NCBI RefSeq assembly: GCF_006345805.1
Contig: NC_043003.1
Coordinates: 97,030,001-97,094,000, forward strand
DNA length: 64,000 bases
DNA from: Octopus sinensis
Taxonomy: Eukaryota
Direction of reading: 5' to 3'
In this document: positions 14,204 through 25,559 of the stretch, in pieces
Numbering within the stretch: position 1 is the first letter of the stretch
Layout: every line of letters starts with the position of its first letter
The notes under the pieces: model-generated
Told to the model about the DNA's origin: nothing
Databases searched by the model: none
The model's input: the letters and a program-made list of their open reading frames with translations, nothing else
Made by a program: the position numbers and the translations under genes

Positions 14204-14379
14204 AATATTATGGGGGAGCATCATAGCGATGTATTGAGAGGAATTCTTTGGGGTTTGGATAATTCACCTTTGGAAACATGGATGTTTCATTCAACATCCT
14301 TAAACAACCCTTATTCAAGGATCTTTTGAACGGGATGGGCTACTCGGGATGGGCTATTATTATTATTATTGTCATTATA

Positions 14380-14448
<69 letters not shown>

Positions 14449-14666
14449 TTATTATTATTATTATTATTATTATATATTATTATTATTATTAATATTATGG
14501 GGGAGCATCATAGCGATGTATTGAGAGGAATTCTTTGGGGTTTGGATAATTCACCTTTGGAAACATGGATGTTTCATTCAACATCCTTAAACAACCCTTA
14601 TTCAAGGATCTTTTGAACGGGATGGGCTACTCGGGATGGGCTATTATTATTATTATTGTCATTATA

Positions 14667-14744
<78 letters not shown>

Positions 14745-14760
14745 GTTATTATTATCATTT
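14204..14760 (+). repeat. 287-bp tandem duplication of an internal family X fragment plus (ATT)n
   Basis: AATATTATGGGGGAGC starts at 14204 and again at 14491. The non-repeat parts are identical. Confidence 0.9.
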
Positions 14761-15107
14761 GCTTTATTAGTAAATGTTAATAAATACTTTTCTACTTCAC
14801 ATAAAACCTATAATATCGATGTTTAGGTTACAATGGAAAATTATGCTTAATCTTACTTTGCTTGATAGATTTAGTTCTGATTTAAAATATTTCATATTGG
14901 CAATGGTGAATTGCTATTATGGATGTCATTGAAATATATCTTCCACATCAACTCTGTCACATTATCTTCCACTTTTGATGCAGAACTTATTAGTTGACAT
15001 TGATATTTTGCTCCATGCGTAGAACAGGTTATGTAACCTCATCGTTTAAAGTCTATTAACTTTGGAATGTGCTCTCCTGGAGAGGAATTATATGCTTACA
15101 AACATAA

Positions 15108-15142
<35 letters not shown>

Positions 15143-16511
15143 AATATATATATATATATATATATGTTGCATTTCGGGATGGTCTTCTTTTTTTTTCTTG
15201 CCAAATAAGTGAAGAACGGTAAGGTCCAGATCCTTTAGTCTCATTATGCCAAACCCATGGCCTCTAAGTACCTTGTTCACATGAACTCAGCGATTGCGGA
15301 CAACGCCAAGTTTAAACATTCTGATAGCTGACTTAGCCAGAGTGATGAGAAATGTGTCTCGCATGTGCGACACTATTTTTTACTTGTTTTTACGCACATA
15401 TATATATTTTACACACACACACACACATTTTAGAAACATACATTTTAGAAACATAAATATCTCCATTTTTTGTGTGAACATTTTGTCGTCACCTCTTCCT
15501 TGAGTATCAGAATATCTAAAAATGCCTTTATTGTAACAACACAATTAAATGCACGCTAAAATTATGGACGTAAGCACCTGCTAACCTTTATTTTCTTCTT
15601 GACTACCCGAAATATGCAAACATACTTTTTATTGCAATCACAGAAATAAACACGTGGAGAATAAGAAGAAAAAAAAAATTTTTTTTAATACTCATTATAG
15701 TTTCTCTCTGCTCGTACACGACTCTATTCACAAGTACTGTTCATAGTCGGCCCCTCCTTGATTTTTCTCAAAGTCAAGGTCACTGTTCGCAAGTTCCATC
15801 AACAACATAGTAGACATTTGAACTCTCTTTGACCGATCGTTCTTCATCCCACTTTAAGCAGTAGTTGCTGCTACAGCTACTACTATTGCTGCTATCAGAA
15901 TTTACTGCTGCTACTACTACTGCTACAATTAGAAACATACAAGTTGACGATGACATCGAGATGTTTTTCCCCCGTGTCTGAATTATACCGGTGGCACAAT
16001 GAAAAATCCCTTTCTTTTTCTTTGTTGAGAGAAAAGAGAATTTACAGTAAAAACAAACCCTCAGCCCTCCCTCCAGCGTATAAATTACTTTAAAAAGAAA
16101 TATTTTAAAAGGGAAAAACGTGAGAAAAAAAAACAAATTAAATTAACGATAAACAAAACATGAGCCTTCTCGCACATAAACACCTTATTCACACATATAC
16201 AAACATACGCAGACGCAAATATTGAAGTACTAAATGGCACGTCAAATGATATTTAAACGTGTGGAACATTTTACATGCATATCAATATTCTAAAGTTGGA
16301 CCTACTATTCCTTATCCTAAAGCTGCTTCAAGGGTTCCTGACTCGTTTCACTGTCTGCTTTCAGTCTTGGATTGTGATTCGGTTCAGCTAAACTCTCTCA
16401 GATTTTGTCTGCTGTTGCCTACTCCTACAAGGTTTGCAGCTGTTTTTGTTCCTGCTTTAACTCAGATTTGTTCTAGAGCCCATAGAAGATTGTTTTTGTC
16501 AACCATCTATC

Positions 16512-17795
16512 ATGTCAGCTACCTACAGATCCAAACTGAGATCTGCGAGAAGGGCTCGTTCTGCTGATCCTTTTTTGGAGAATTCAGTTGGTGAGGCGAT
16601 CGGTGATATCAGGCTTTCACATGGCGGCCCTGAAACCAGGACTTCCCATCAGGATGATGGTCCTACCAACAGTCATCTCAACGAGCAGTTGCTGTTGCTC
16701 AAACAAGAGGTCGAGCACCTAAAGTCTGTTGTTGCTCATTTACTGAATAAACAGTCTCCTATTGACGCAGAGCCACCCTTGATTTCTTCCCTGAAGACGT
16801 CCAAACTAAAGGGAACAAAATCGAAGCGGCCAAAGGCGAAGCAACCGACGGTCGTTTTCGCACATGATCGTTCCTGTGCGGATTCTTCCTCATCTGCCTT
16901 TTCGGTCCCGGAGGTTCCCCAACCTAATTTGAGGAGCGTAGACTCAAACCCACCTGAAGACCGTTGTTCTCCCAAAAAGAAGAAACGTAGTCAAAACTCC
17001 AGTGGGGCAGATTTAGCTACGAAACCTGCTCACGATAAAATCTGTTTGGATTCTCCCCCACTTGTCATTCCCATTAATGCCATTGCTCAACCAATTCTGA
17101 ATGATTTTGATGTGAGTTCATCTGGGGAGTGGTGCTCCTCCAAACCGAAGAAGAGGCAGTGCAATTCCAAACCAGGCGGGAAAGTTATGACCACTAAACC
17201 CATTCCGATCGACACCAAAGGCCGACATAAGTCTGATGGCTATGAAACCACCCTTTCGAAATCATCCAACGAAGAATCGAATGCCGCAGCTCATAGTAGA
17301 GAACAGAAAGACCATTTTGCCCACTCAAGATCAGCAATCATTTATGGTAAAGCTGAATCCACCTGTGATACAGGCATAAACCGCCTAAAAGAAGACATAA
17401 ATTTTGTTTCCGTTTTAGTTGGAGAATTGTTCTCTGTCAACGAAAATGTCAGTATCCATAAGGTCGCTCGGCTAGGAAGATTCCAAGCGAACTCAACCTC
17501 AGACACCAGACCACGCCCAATAAGAGTAATCTTTTCTTCCGATCAGGAGGCTTCAACCTTTCTGAACAGAGCTCAGATGCATGCCTGGGAGGACCCCAAT
17601 ATTGGTTTTCGCGAGGAATACTCACTGAGAGAGAGAATTCGCCGGAGAAACCTAATATCCGAACTGAAGATGAGAAAACAGATGGGAGAGAAGGGTTTAC
17701 GCATCCAAGATGGACAAATAATCAAGTCCTACCTCTGGTCGCATGCTGTAGTGCTGACAGGGAAAGTGAATCGAGGGCGAATCGAAGTAAAGTAG
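16512..17795 (+). CDS. LINE ORF1 protein (coiled coil, disordered linker, RRM-like domain), 427 aa
   Basis: Uninterrupted ORF. Heptad segment EQLLLLKQEVEHLKSVVAHLL. RRM-type block SAIIYGKAES...VARLGRF...RPRPIRVIF. Lies directly upstream of an APE domain. Confidence 0.8.
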   Translation: MSATYRSKLRSARRARSADPFLENSVGEAIGDIRLSHGGPETRTSHQDDGPTNSHLNEQLLLLKQEVEHLKSVVAHLLNKQSPIDAEPPLISSLKTSKLKGTKSKRPKAKQPTVVFAHDRSCADSSSSAFSVPEVPQPNLRSVDSNPPEDRCSPKKKKRSQNSSGADLATKPAHDKICLDSPPLVIPINAIAQPILNDFDVSSSGEWCSSKPKKRQCNSKPGGKVMTTKPIPIDTKGRHKSDGYETTLSKSSNEESNAAAHSREQKDHFAHSRSAIIYGKAESTCDTGINRLKEDINFVSVLVGELFSVNENVSIHKVARLGRFQANSTSDTRPRPIRVIFSSDQEASTFLNRAQMHAWEDPNIGFREEYSLRERIRRRNLISELKMRKQMGEKGLRIQDGQIIKSYLWSHAVVLTGKVNRGRIEVK

Positions 17796-17869
17796 ATACC
17801 CCCGTCAACGATGCTATCTCTGATACCCCTTATTCTGCTTGTTCCCCAATTCCCGCCCCTCAAACTTCA

Positions 17870-19060
17870 CAGCTCAGCATCGTCTATACCAGCTCGTGCT
17901 CCTTATTTCCAAAGTTCAGCGAACTATTTACACTGGCCATGCGTGATTCCCCTGATGTGATAGCTATCACCGAGACTTGGCTGACTCCAGCAGTAAAGGA
18001 CTCGGAAATCCACCTACAGGGCTATGCCCTCTTCAGATGTGACAGAGAAAAAAGGCGAGCTGGAGGTGTTGCTGTGTATGTTAAATCTGATCTCAAACCG
18101 TCCAGCGGTATTCTACCCACTAATGCTCAACCTACAACAAAATTCGATGCCGTCTATTACAAGCTGAGCCTATCCGGGTTTTGCCTGCCCGTGTTAGCTG
18201 TCTACAGGCCGCCTCTTGCCGACCCCCAGGACGATGCTCATTTACTCGAAGTGATCAGTGTCAGACGTATCTGTGTGCGCCCCTCTTGCCAAGAGTGATC
18301 ATGCGGTCCTGAAGTTCGTCATGCACACAACTTTTTCTACGCCCACGACTAACGAATGGGACCTGTGTCTGAACGTGTCAAAGTGCTGTCATCTGCCTGT
18401 TGGCCCTCCTCCTGCAACTCAACTTGATTTCGAGCCGGGTCGTCTGCTGCTGGAGAGGACCGATCAGGTAAAGGACCTGGGTATCTTGGTGAATTCCTCC
18501 TTTTCGCCTTCGGCTCAGTGCGTCCATAGTGCCAACAAAGCACGCGGAGTTCTGTTCTTGATTCGACGGTCATTCGGAATGCTCACAGCAGCCTATTCCT
18601 ACCGCTCTATGTCACGCTGGTGAGACCCATATTGGAGTACGGGATTCAAGCCTCTTCTCCTTATCTCCTCAAAGACATACAGCATCTCGAAAGAGTCCAG
18701 AAGCTGGCTACCCGCATGGTTCTTGGTCTCAAGAATTTGTCTTATGAAGAAAAGCTGAAGACGCTCGATTCTCTAGAAAAACGACGACGCCGTGGTGATC
18801 TCATTCTTGCTCACAACATCATAAGCGGAAAGTGTAACCTCTCGAAAGAGCTGTTTTTCACTCCTGCTCCAGAGCGTCGGCTGCGGGGTCATTCCGAAAA
18901 GCTCTATCTGCGACGATTTCATCTCAATCGAAGGAGAGGGGCTTTCTCCGTCCGGGTTGCTGATCCATGGAATAAGCTGCCGGAGGAGATAGTGAAGATG
19001 CCGACAACCGTTCGGTTCAAAGTCTCCCTTGACCACAAGTGGTCTGAACTCTTTACATGA
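17870..19060 (+). pseudogene. LINE ORF2 remnant: APE with internal deletion fused to post-RT C-terminus, RT core absent
   Basis: LSIVYTSSCSL..PDVIAITETWL..YRPP..LLEVI jumps to DVSVCAPLAKSDH. Then FSTPTT jumps to NEWDLCLNVSKC. No GxxQG or YADD motifs are present. One further frameshift near 18590. Confidence 0.85.
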
Positions 19061-19399
19061 ACACCACCCAGTACAAACTCCATGTCCCCCTACATGGCCT
19101 TGCTTTTTGCTTTTTGAGCCAAAAAATTAACTAACTAACTAACTAACACATATATATATATACTATTTTTAACTTGTTTCAGTCATTAGACTGCAGTCAT
19201 GCTAAGGCACCGCCTCGAGGGATTTTAGTAGAACTAATCGCCCCCAGTATTTATATTTCTTTTTAAAGCTTTTGACAGCGGCTATTATAACCATCGGTGA
19301 CAGCAACAGCAACACTACGGCCAAGGATGACTACTACATCGACAACAGCCACAACGATATCACCAAATCCACGCTCTAGTAACAGCAGCGATAGCAACA

Positions 19400-20090
19400 T
19401 CTCCAGGCCCGGAGCCAACAGAAGGTGCACCAGAAATGTGAACGCAACCAACACTCAAGTCCGGAAATATATCGGGTCAGTGGGAATACCTCCCAGTGTC
19501 GCCTGTAAAACCACAGGTCCTCTTTCAGGATTCCGGAAAAAACGATTCGTCACGTCCCTGGTAAGCCACATGTGGCACCTTAACGATGAACGTACCCCAT
19601 ACGATATCAAGTGAAAGATCATAGAGCGACCGAGATCCTATATTAACGCGAGGGGACGCTGCAAGCATTGCATAGCTGAGCGATGAAGGATCCTCAAAGT
19701 TTCCTTGAAACCAGGATTATTAATTTCTTGACACGAAATTTATAGCCGCTGCATCCATTTCGAATGCGACCTACTGCAAGCATGGGATTCCCCAGTCATC
19801 GATCAGATCCCAAAAGGTCCTCACGAACTAAAAGCAACCTAAGAGTGGAGTTCCCCGTTCGCTATTTTGGTCCATATGGACTGGCCTACGGGAGTTAACC
19901 CGTCCTCGCCTACCCGGATAGTTTTATTCTTTGTTTACTAACTGACCGTAACGGATTTCTGTCTCCGAGCTTTGAAGAAGTATATGGCCTTCATAATTAG
20001 AGTCTGACGAGTGGTGCAAAGGGCGAAGCACCTTATGGATGCGAAACAATTGGTTACTCTATGACCGGACATATACTTAACTGTATATAA
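19400..20090 (+). mobile_element. Penelope-like element 3' fragment (GIY-YIG C-terminus plus pseudo-LTR)
   Basis: RKYIGSVG...TSLVSHMWHLND...YDIK*KIIER...YINARGRCKHCIAER..ILK...LL...EIYSRCIH matches the PLE GIY-YIG tail pattern (W.I...Y...C.LC..EK..I...LLN...E...C.H). Confidence 0.8.
19991..20064 (+). ncRNA. Type I hammerhead ribozyme
   Basis: Stem I TAGAGT(19998-20003)/ACTCTA(20056-20061). Core CTGACGA 20004-20010. Stem II closed by G20011-C20042 with internal hairpin GGTGC/GCACC. GAAA 20043-20046. Short palindromic stem III CAATTG. Cleavage triplet GTT. Confidence 0.7.
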
Positions 20091-20129
20091 ATGTATTACT
20101 GATCTATTCTTTACAGTGTGATTTTTTTT

Positions 20130-20152
20130 CGGATATATGATACACTGACGAT

Positions 20153-20204
<52 letters not shown>

Positions 20205-20561
20205 AAGATAAAGATGGAAAAGTCAGTCTTGAAGAATACATAACTGATATATACGGAAATGAAGATGAAGATGATGAAGATGAAGATGACCCAGATTGGG
20301 TAAACGAGGAAAAGGAGCAGTTCCACAATTTCCGTGATAAAAACAAAGATGGCTTCTTGGACAAAGCCGAGGTGACAGAATGGTTAATTCCCGAGGAGCT
20401 TAATCACCTTGATATTGAAGTAACTCACCTTGTGAGGACGTCTGATGTGGATCAGGACGGTAAATTATCCAAAAAATTAGATCCTGGACAAATACGATCT
20501 CTTTGTTGGCAGCCAAGCTACGGATTTTGGTGAAGCTTTGAAGTTTCATGATGAGATTTAA
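20130..20561 (+). pseudogene. Calumenin/reticulocalbin (CREC family) EF-hand protein, C-terminal three EF-hands, disrupted
   Basis: From 20201: DKDKDGKVSLEEYITDIY...PDWVNEEKEQFHNFRDKNKDGFLDKAEVTEWLIPEE..HLDIEVTHLV..SDVDQDGKLSK. After a +1 shift near 20475: ILDKYDLFVGSQATDFGEALKFHDEI* (stop 20559-20561). A (TA)n tract at 20151-20200 splits the DTL(D)DI/DKDKDG motif. Confidence 0.85.
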
Positions 20562-20924
20562 GTAGAATCTCTCAAATAGAATCATGTGTGAGAAAGAGGA
20601 GGAGGAGAAGAGAACAATCAAATATAAATAAAGAGAGAGCCTTTAAGTTATCAATATTTGTATTTTTTTTTTACTTTCCTATCTGATAACATGAAGATGC
20701 AGACATATACTGGACTTAGGCTATGGTCACAAGACTTCTATTGATGGCAATTGAATGTTTTTTTGTTGTTTTTAAGGAACTGGTGCTGTACCTTATCTCA
20801 TCTGGTTTTCACATCTACAATGTAATTGCACATCAAATTATTATTACTGAGAACGACAGAGTTGATAGAGCAGGAAATAATAATAATTATTATTATTATT
20901 TTGAATATTGTATGGTGGTGTATT

Positions 20925-21390
20925 GGCGGAATCATTGGTATGTCAGACAGAATGCTTAGTGGTGTTTCTTCCGGTCTTAATGTCCTGAGTTCAAATTCCA
21001 CCAAGGTTGACTTTGCCTTTCTTCCTTCTGGGGGTCCATAAAATTAAAATACTGGTCAAGCACTGAAATTGATGTAATTGACGGCCCCTTTCCCCAAAAA
21101 ATTTCAGGCCTTGTGCCTACTGTAGAGAACATTATTTTGAACATTGTGCCAATATTAGAATACGTTATTATTTTAATTATATTGGTGTGAACGGCAGAAT
21201 TGATTGAATGTAGAAAACAAAATGCTTTGTGGCGTCCAGTTACGTTCCTTTACATTCTCAGTTCAAACTCGGCCGAGGTCAACTTCACTTCTCATCCTCA
21301 AGGTATTAACAAAATTAATACCAGCCTAGTAACTGGGGTCAATATAACCAACTGTTGCACTTGACCCCTAAAATACAAGGCTTTGAGTCT
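20925..21390 (+). mobile_element. Two degenerate SINE family B copies
   Basis: GAGTTCAAATTCC..AAGGTTGACTTTGCCTTTC.. and TCAGTTCAAACTCGGCCGAGGTCAACTT.. match the family B body. Confidence 0.65.
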
Positions 21391-21646
21391 AAGTTACCAA
21401 GTTATTTCCTTCTGCCAACTCTTATCCTACAGTATATGTCTCTGATCATGTGAACTAGCTAAGCTCTGATCCTTAGGGGTTTTTTTTACGTATTTCAATT
21501 TTCTTGCTTTTACTTTATGGAGTATCCATCAGTCATGCTTCATTGTAAATTAGCTGGGAAAACTGATAATTTTAGATTTAGTTTTGAACCTATCTTGCAT
21601 TTTTATTCTCTCAGCTTAATCTAGTTTATATATATATATTCAATAT

Positions 21647-21692
<46 letters not shown>

Positions 21693-22199
21693 CAGGTGCA
21701 CACGGTATATGAGGACATATTTATGGTTTTAGAAAAAAAAGCTTATATAATAACAGAAAAAAAACTGTATTTTTTTTTAAATGAGAAATTTCTAAATTAC
21801 TAAGCTTAGCCTCCAAAGCAGTTCATTAGTAAGCATAGCGCCCTATCGTTATTTTCTGAAATGGAAGTGCAATAAAAATTAGTAATGAAGATGTACGGGT
21901 GTCAATTCATTACGGCCGTTTCGAGCGACTCCTTTAACTGATTAATGAAAATGTATCATTTGAAAGAAACCGTTCTCATCAGATGACCGCAAAGACCACC
22001 GCTGCTTTAACATATTCACACCAATAACAGAACTCAAAATATTTACATTGTATCTGTTGTCATGTCTCTGGCAGAATGATTTTAGAAAGTAAGGCATATC
22101 TTGTCAAATCTATTATAATTTAGAGAGTAGCAGAGGAAATAGTGGGGTCAGGATAAAAAGAGTGGTTACCTAGTTACTTATACTTGGTAGTCAGTATGT

Positions 22200-23050
22200 A
22201 GAATATAGTCTTCAACCATTTTGAATCAAATCCATAGGGATTTGTCAACTGTATTCTAGTTAATGGTGATAAATTAATTAATGACAATCTACTAAACTCG
22301 CAATGTACTGGAACCATATATTCAGATACATCAACATAAAAGGGTAGGACGTGTGGTAGTAAGAAGGGAATGCCTGATGGAGAAGGAATGATAACTGGAA
22401 GAAAGAAGGATAGGACTGACCAATACTTATTTTTATCATCATATCAAAGGGGGATATAAAAAAATGGAATAAGTAATATAAAATTTAGGGGTGCAATTTA
22501 GAATCAAAGAAAAAGGGAGGCAGTGTATTATAACTTAACAAATTTGTAATGTTAAAGCGAGAAAATTTAACTTAATATATTGAAGGTAAGAAATTAAATC
22601 TAAACCCTAATAATGGGATACTTTAATAGATAGGAAATATATATTAAGGCTTTTCTTAAACATAATGTATAGAAGATCATGATAAAAATATTCTGTAATT
22701 AATGTATAACGAAATTAAATTATCATATGAATAGAAACTTATAGTATACGTTAAACTGATGTAAGAACTTTTCGCTTCATTATGGGTGGATAGATATAAG
22801 ATATCGTAAGGACTGGTGTCCAATGTATGGGGTAATTACATTAGAGATATACCAAATGTATAATGGATTATGTTCAGATACAATATTTAAACAAATTTGG
22901 GCATATAAAATTTTAATGTATACACTGCATGAATAAAAAATATAAGAGAAGAATTCACATATCTAGCGAATATATAAGAAAACCTTACAAATTGTCAAAA
23001 GATTTTCATAAATTATAAACATTATGAAAGTAAGAGCGGATATCTTCACT
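22200..23050 (-). mobile_element. Degenerate Penelope-like relic
   Basis: A GIY-YIG-like ..IGQS.. peptide on the minus strand near 22420, in AT-rich decayed coding-like sequence. Confidence 0.35.
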
Positions 23051-23229
23051 CAACTAGGTTGCGTTGTCTGCACACATGACAGGAGTATCAGGTGCAAACA
23101 CTCCTGCACAGAGTTTTGTTTGGGTGTGCGGGTTATACCGACCTAACAAGGTGCCTCAATTTAAGTACCTAATTCAACTATCTTAATTGCGTGTGTGTGT
23201 GTGTATTCTTATATATATATATATATATA

Positions 23230-23530
23230 TATACTTTTATATTGTGTCAGGTCACTTTCGAGTGCTACTGGTAACATGTAACCCAGTACAACCTGTCGCA
23301 TGGTCGGGTCGCTGGTGAGGAGGGTGTTTATTGGACACCCTGCGGGATGAAAAACAAAACCTGTCAAAGGGCGGAGGAACTCTTGAGAGTCAACGGCCAT
23401 CCAATAAATGTCTTAAATGCGCGGGGACATAGAAATAATCGGAATGAATACCCGATCGCGCAGTTAAAACATTGAGAGAGAAGGACTCCTAGCCTTTGTT
23501 AGGGTATCCCTCTAGGAGAAGGTAACTCAG
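23230..23530 (+). mobile_element. Probable LINE 5'-UTR-type interspersed repeat (RTE-like)
   Basis: GC-richer non-coding block ending ...CCCTCTAGGAGAAGGTAACTC, resembling RTE 5' UTR endings. No ORF support. Confidence 0.3.
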
Positions 23531-23812
23531 GTAACTGGGATAAATCCGACATAAAACCTGCGGCTCAGTGGTTCACGATGATGTTGACTTGTTCTTCTTT
23601 TCGGGTTATGGCTGCTGTTGCTAAGTGAGTGGGACTGACTCAGTGCACAGCCTTTCCTCACTTTAAAAAAAAATCTTCTTGCACAGATATTGCACGATAA
23701 CAACATTGCAATGGTCATACTCGATAACGAGGGGGCAGACACCATATATACTTTTATATATATATATATTATATATATATATATATATAATATAATATAT
23801 ATAATATAATAT

Positions 23813-24101
23813 AAATTAGAGGTAAAACCACTATTATGCAACTCAAACAATGATAGACACAAGCCAAATCATTAATAATAAATAAAATATATTTTTATAA
23901 AACATAACTAGATCACAAAAAGTATAATAATGAATAATCAATAAATAATAAGTATACTTATTACTTATCATTTATTGATTATTCATTATTATACTTTTTG
24001 TGATCTAGTTATATGTTTTATAGAAATATATTTTGTTATTTATGTTTTGGTTTGTATCTATCACTGTTTGAGTTGCATGGTAGTGGTTTTATATCTAATT
24101 T
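23813..24101. repeat. Spacer-less ~290-bp palindrome
   Basis: Arms 23813-23954 and 23955-24101 are centred on ATAAGTA|TACTTAT. The inner ~60 bp are nearly perfect and the outer arms diverged. Confidence 0.9.
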
Positions 24102-24224
24102 ATGTTTTTTATATCTTTATTGTGAAATTTGATTTAATACTAAATTGAATTCTTTCCTGTAAGTTTGGAGTTATACTCACTAGTATTATTATTATATATA
24201 TGTATATATATATACACACACACA

Positions 24225-24273
<49 letters not shown>

Positions 24274-24386
24274 GGTAAACAGTAAAAATAATTACAGACA
24301 TGGACAAGAACATGAAACACCACAGAGACGACACAAGAACCACAGGACGGGACATTCGAAGCCCTCAGTCATCAGTCAAGAACCAG

Positions 24387-24476
<90 letters not shown>

Positions 24477-24889
24477 AGAATGTATATATTCTTATATGAA
24501 TGTATGTTGGTGTGTATATGTCTATGAACAGAAAAATATATATATGCGTATGCGGGTGTATATATGTGTGTGTATATATATATGAACGTTAATGTGAGTG
24601 TCTATGTGTATATACATATTGACATTCACTAGTTTTTATCATATGTATGGGCATGAGCATCTTTCGTCATAAACATTCACTTGATCATCTATTCTGAAAT
24701 ATATTTTTGTGCTTGAGTGTGTGCGCGTGCGAATGAGTGTATATATATATATATATATACATATATGCGTGCATGTGTATTGGTGTGCTTTGTTCTATGG
24801 ACTTATCAACCTTTGACCCGCAGTCCATTCACTCATGTATATTTGGAGACAGCACATTTGCAGCCCACTGTTAACATATTCTTTTATTT

Positions 24890-25201
24890 TTTTATTCTTT
24901 TACTTGTTTCAGTCATTTGACGGCGGCCATGTGGAATCACCGCTTTGAAGTGTTTTAGTCGAAGAACAAACAACAACAATAGTAATATTCCTTTCTACTA
25001 AAAGACCAAGGCCTGAAATTTGTGGGAAGGGGACTAGTCGATTAAATCGAATCCAGTGTTTCACAAGTACTTAATTTATCGACCCCAAAAGGATGAAATG
25101 CAAAGTCAACCTCGGTGGAATTTAAACACAGAACGTTGCGGCAGACGAAATGCCGCTAAATATTTTTCCCAGGATTCTAACGATTCTGCCAGCTCGCCAC
25201 T

Positions 25202-25264
<63 letters not shown>

Positions 25265-25475
25265 GTTTCAAATTTTTCCACAAGGGCAGCCATTTTGGGG
25301 CAGAGGATGGATCGATTAGATCGACCCCAGTGTTTCACTAGTACTTAGTTTATCGATCCCGAATGGATGAAAGCAAAGTCGACCTCGGCGGAATTTGAAC
25401 TCAGAACGTGAAGATAGACGAAATACTGCTAAGCATTTGGTCCAGCGTGCTAACGATACTGTCAGCTCGCCGCCT
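24890..25475 (-). mobile_element. SINE cluster: family A tail plus two family B copies separated by (TAA)n
   Basis: Family B heads end at ~25198 (CTGCCAGCTCGCC) and ~25473. Family A tail at 24890-24965. Confidence 0.8.
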
Positions 25476-25559
25476 TCTTAATGATAAAAATTAAAGTAAT
25501 AATAATAATACTGTTAATATCAGGAGATATGAGAGGTGAATACCGACTCATCATTTCCA

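Larger units (their letters stand above)
16262..19147 (+). mobile_element. CR1-group LINE with intact ORF1 and internally deleted ORF2; 3' tail A-rich plus (TAAC)n
   Basis: GC-richer than its flanks. Contains ORF1, APE motifs (VIAITETWL, GGVAVYVK, YRPP, SDH), the CR1-type C-terminus (VRPILEY, LERVQK.ATR, LRGHSEKL, FSVRVADPWNKLP) and the tail AAAAAATTAACTAACTAACTAACTAAC. The 5' boundary is approximate. Confidence 0.9.

Noticed and set aside
16189-16197. ACACATATA as a TSD for the CR1-group element (also at ~19146)
   Set aside because: Low-complexity match that is common in this window and not flush with the apparent 5' end.
21690-22050. TA-CAGGTG start as a Tc1/mariner terminus
   Set aside because: No matching second TIR or transposase motif found.
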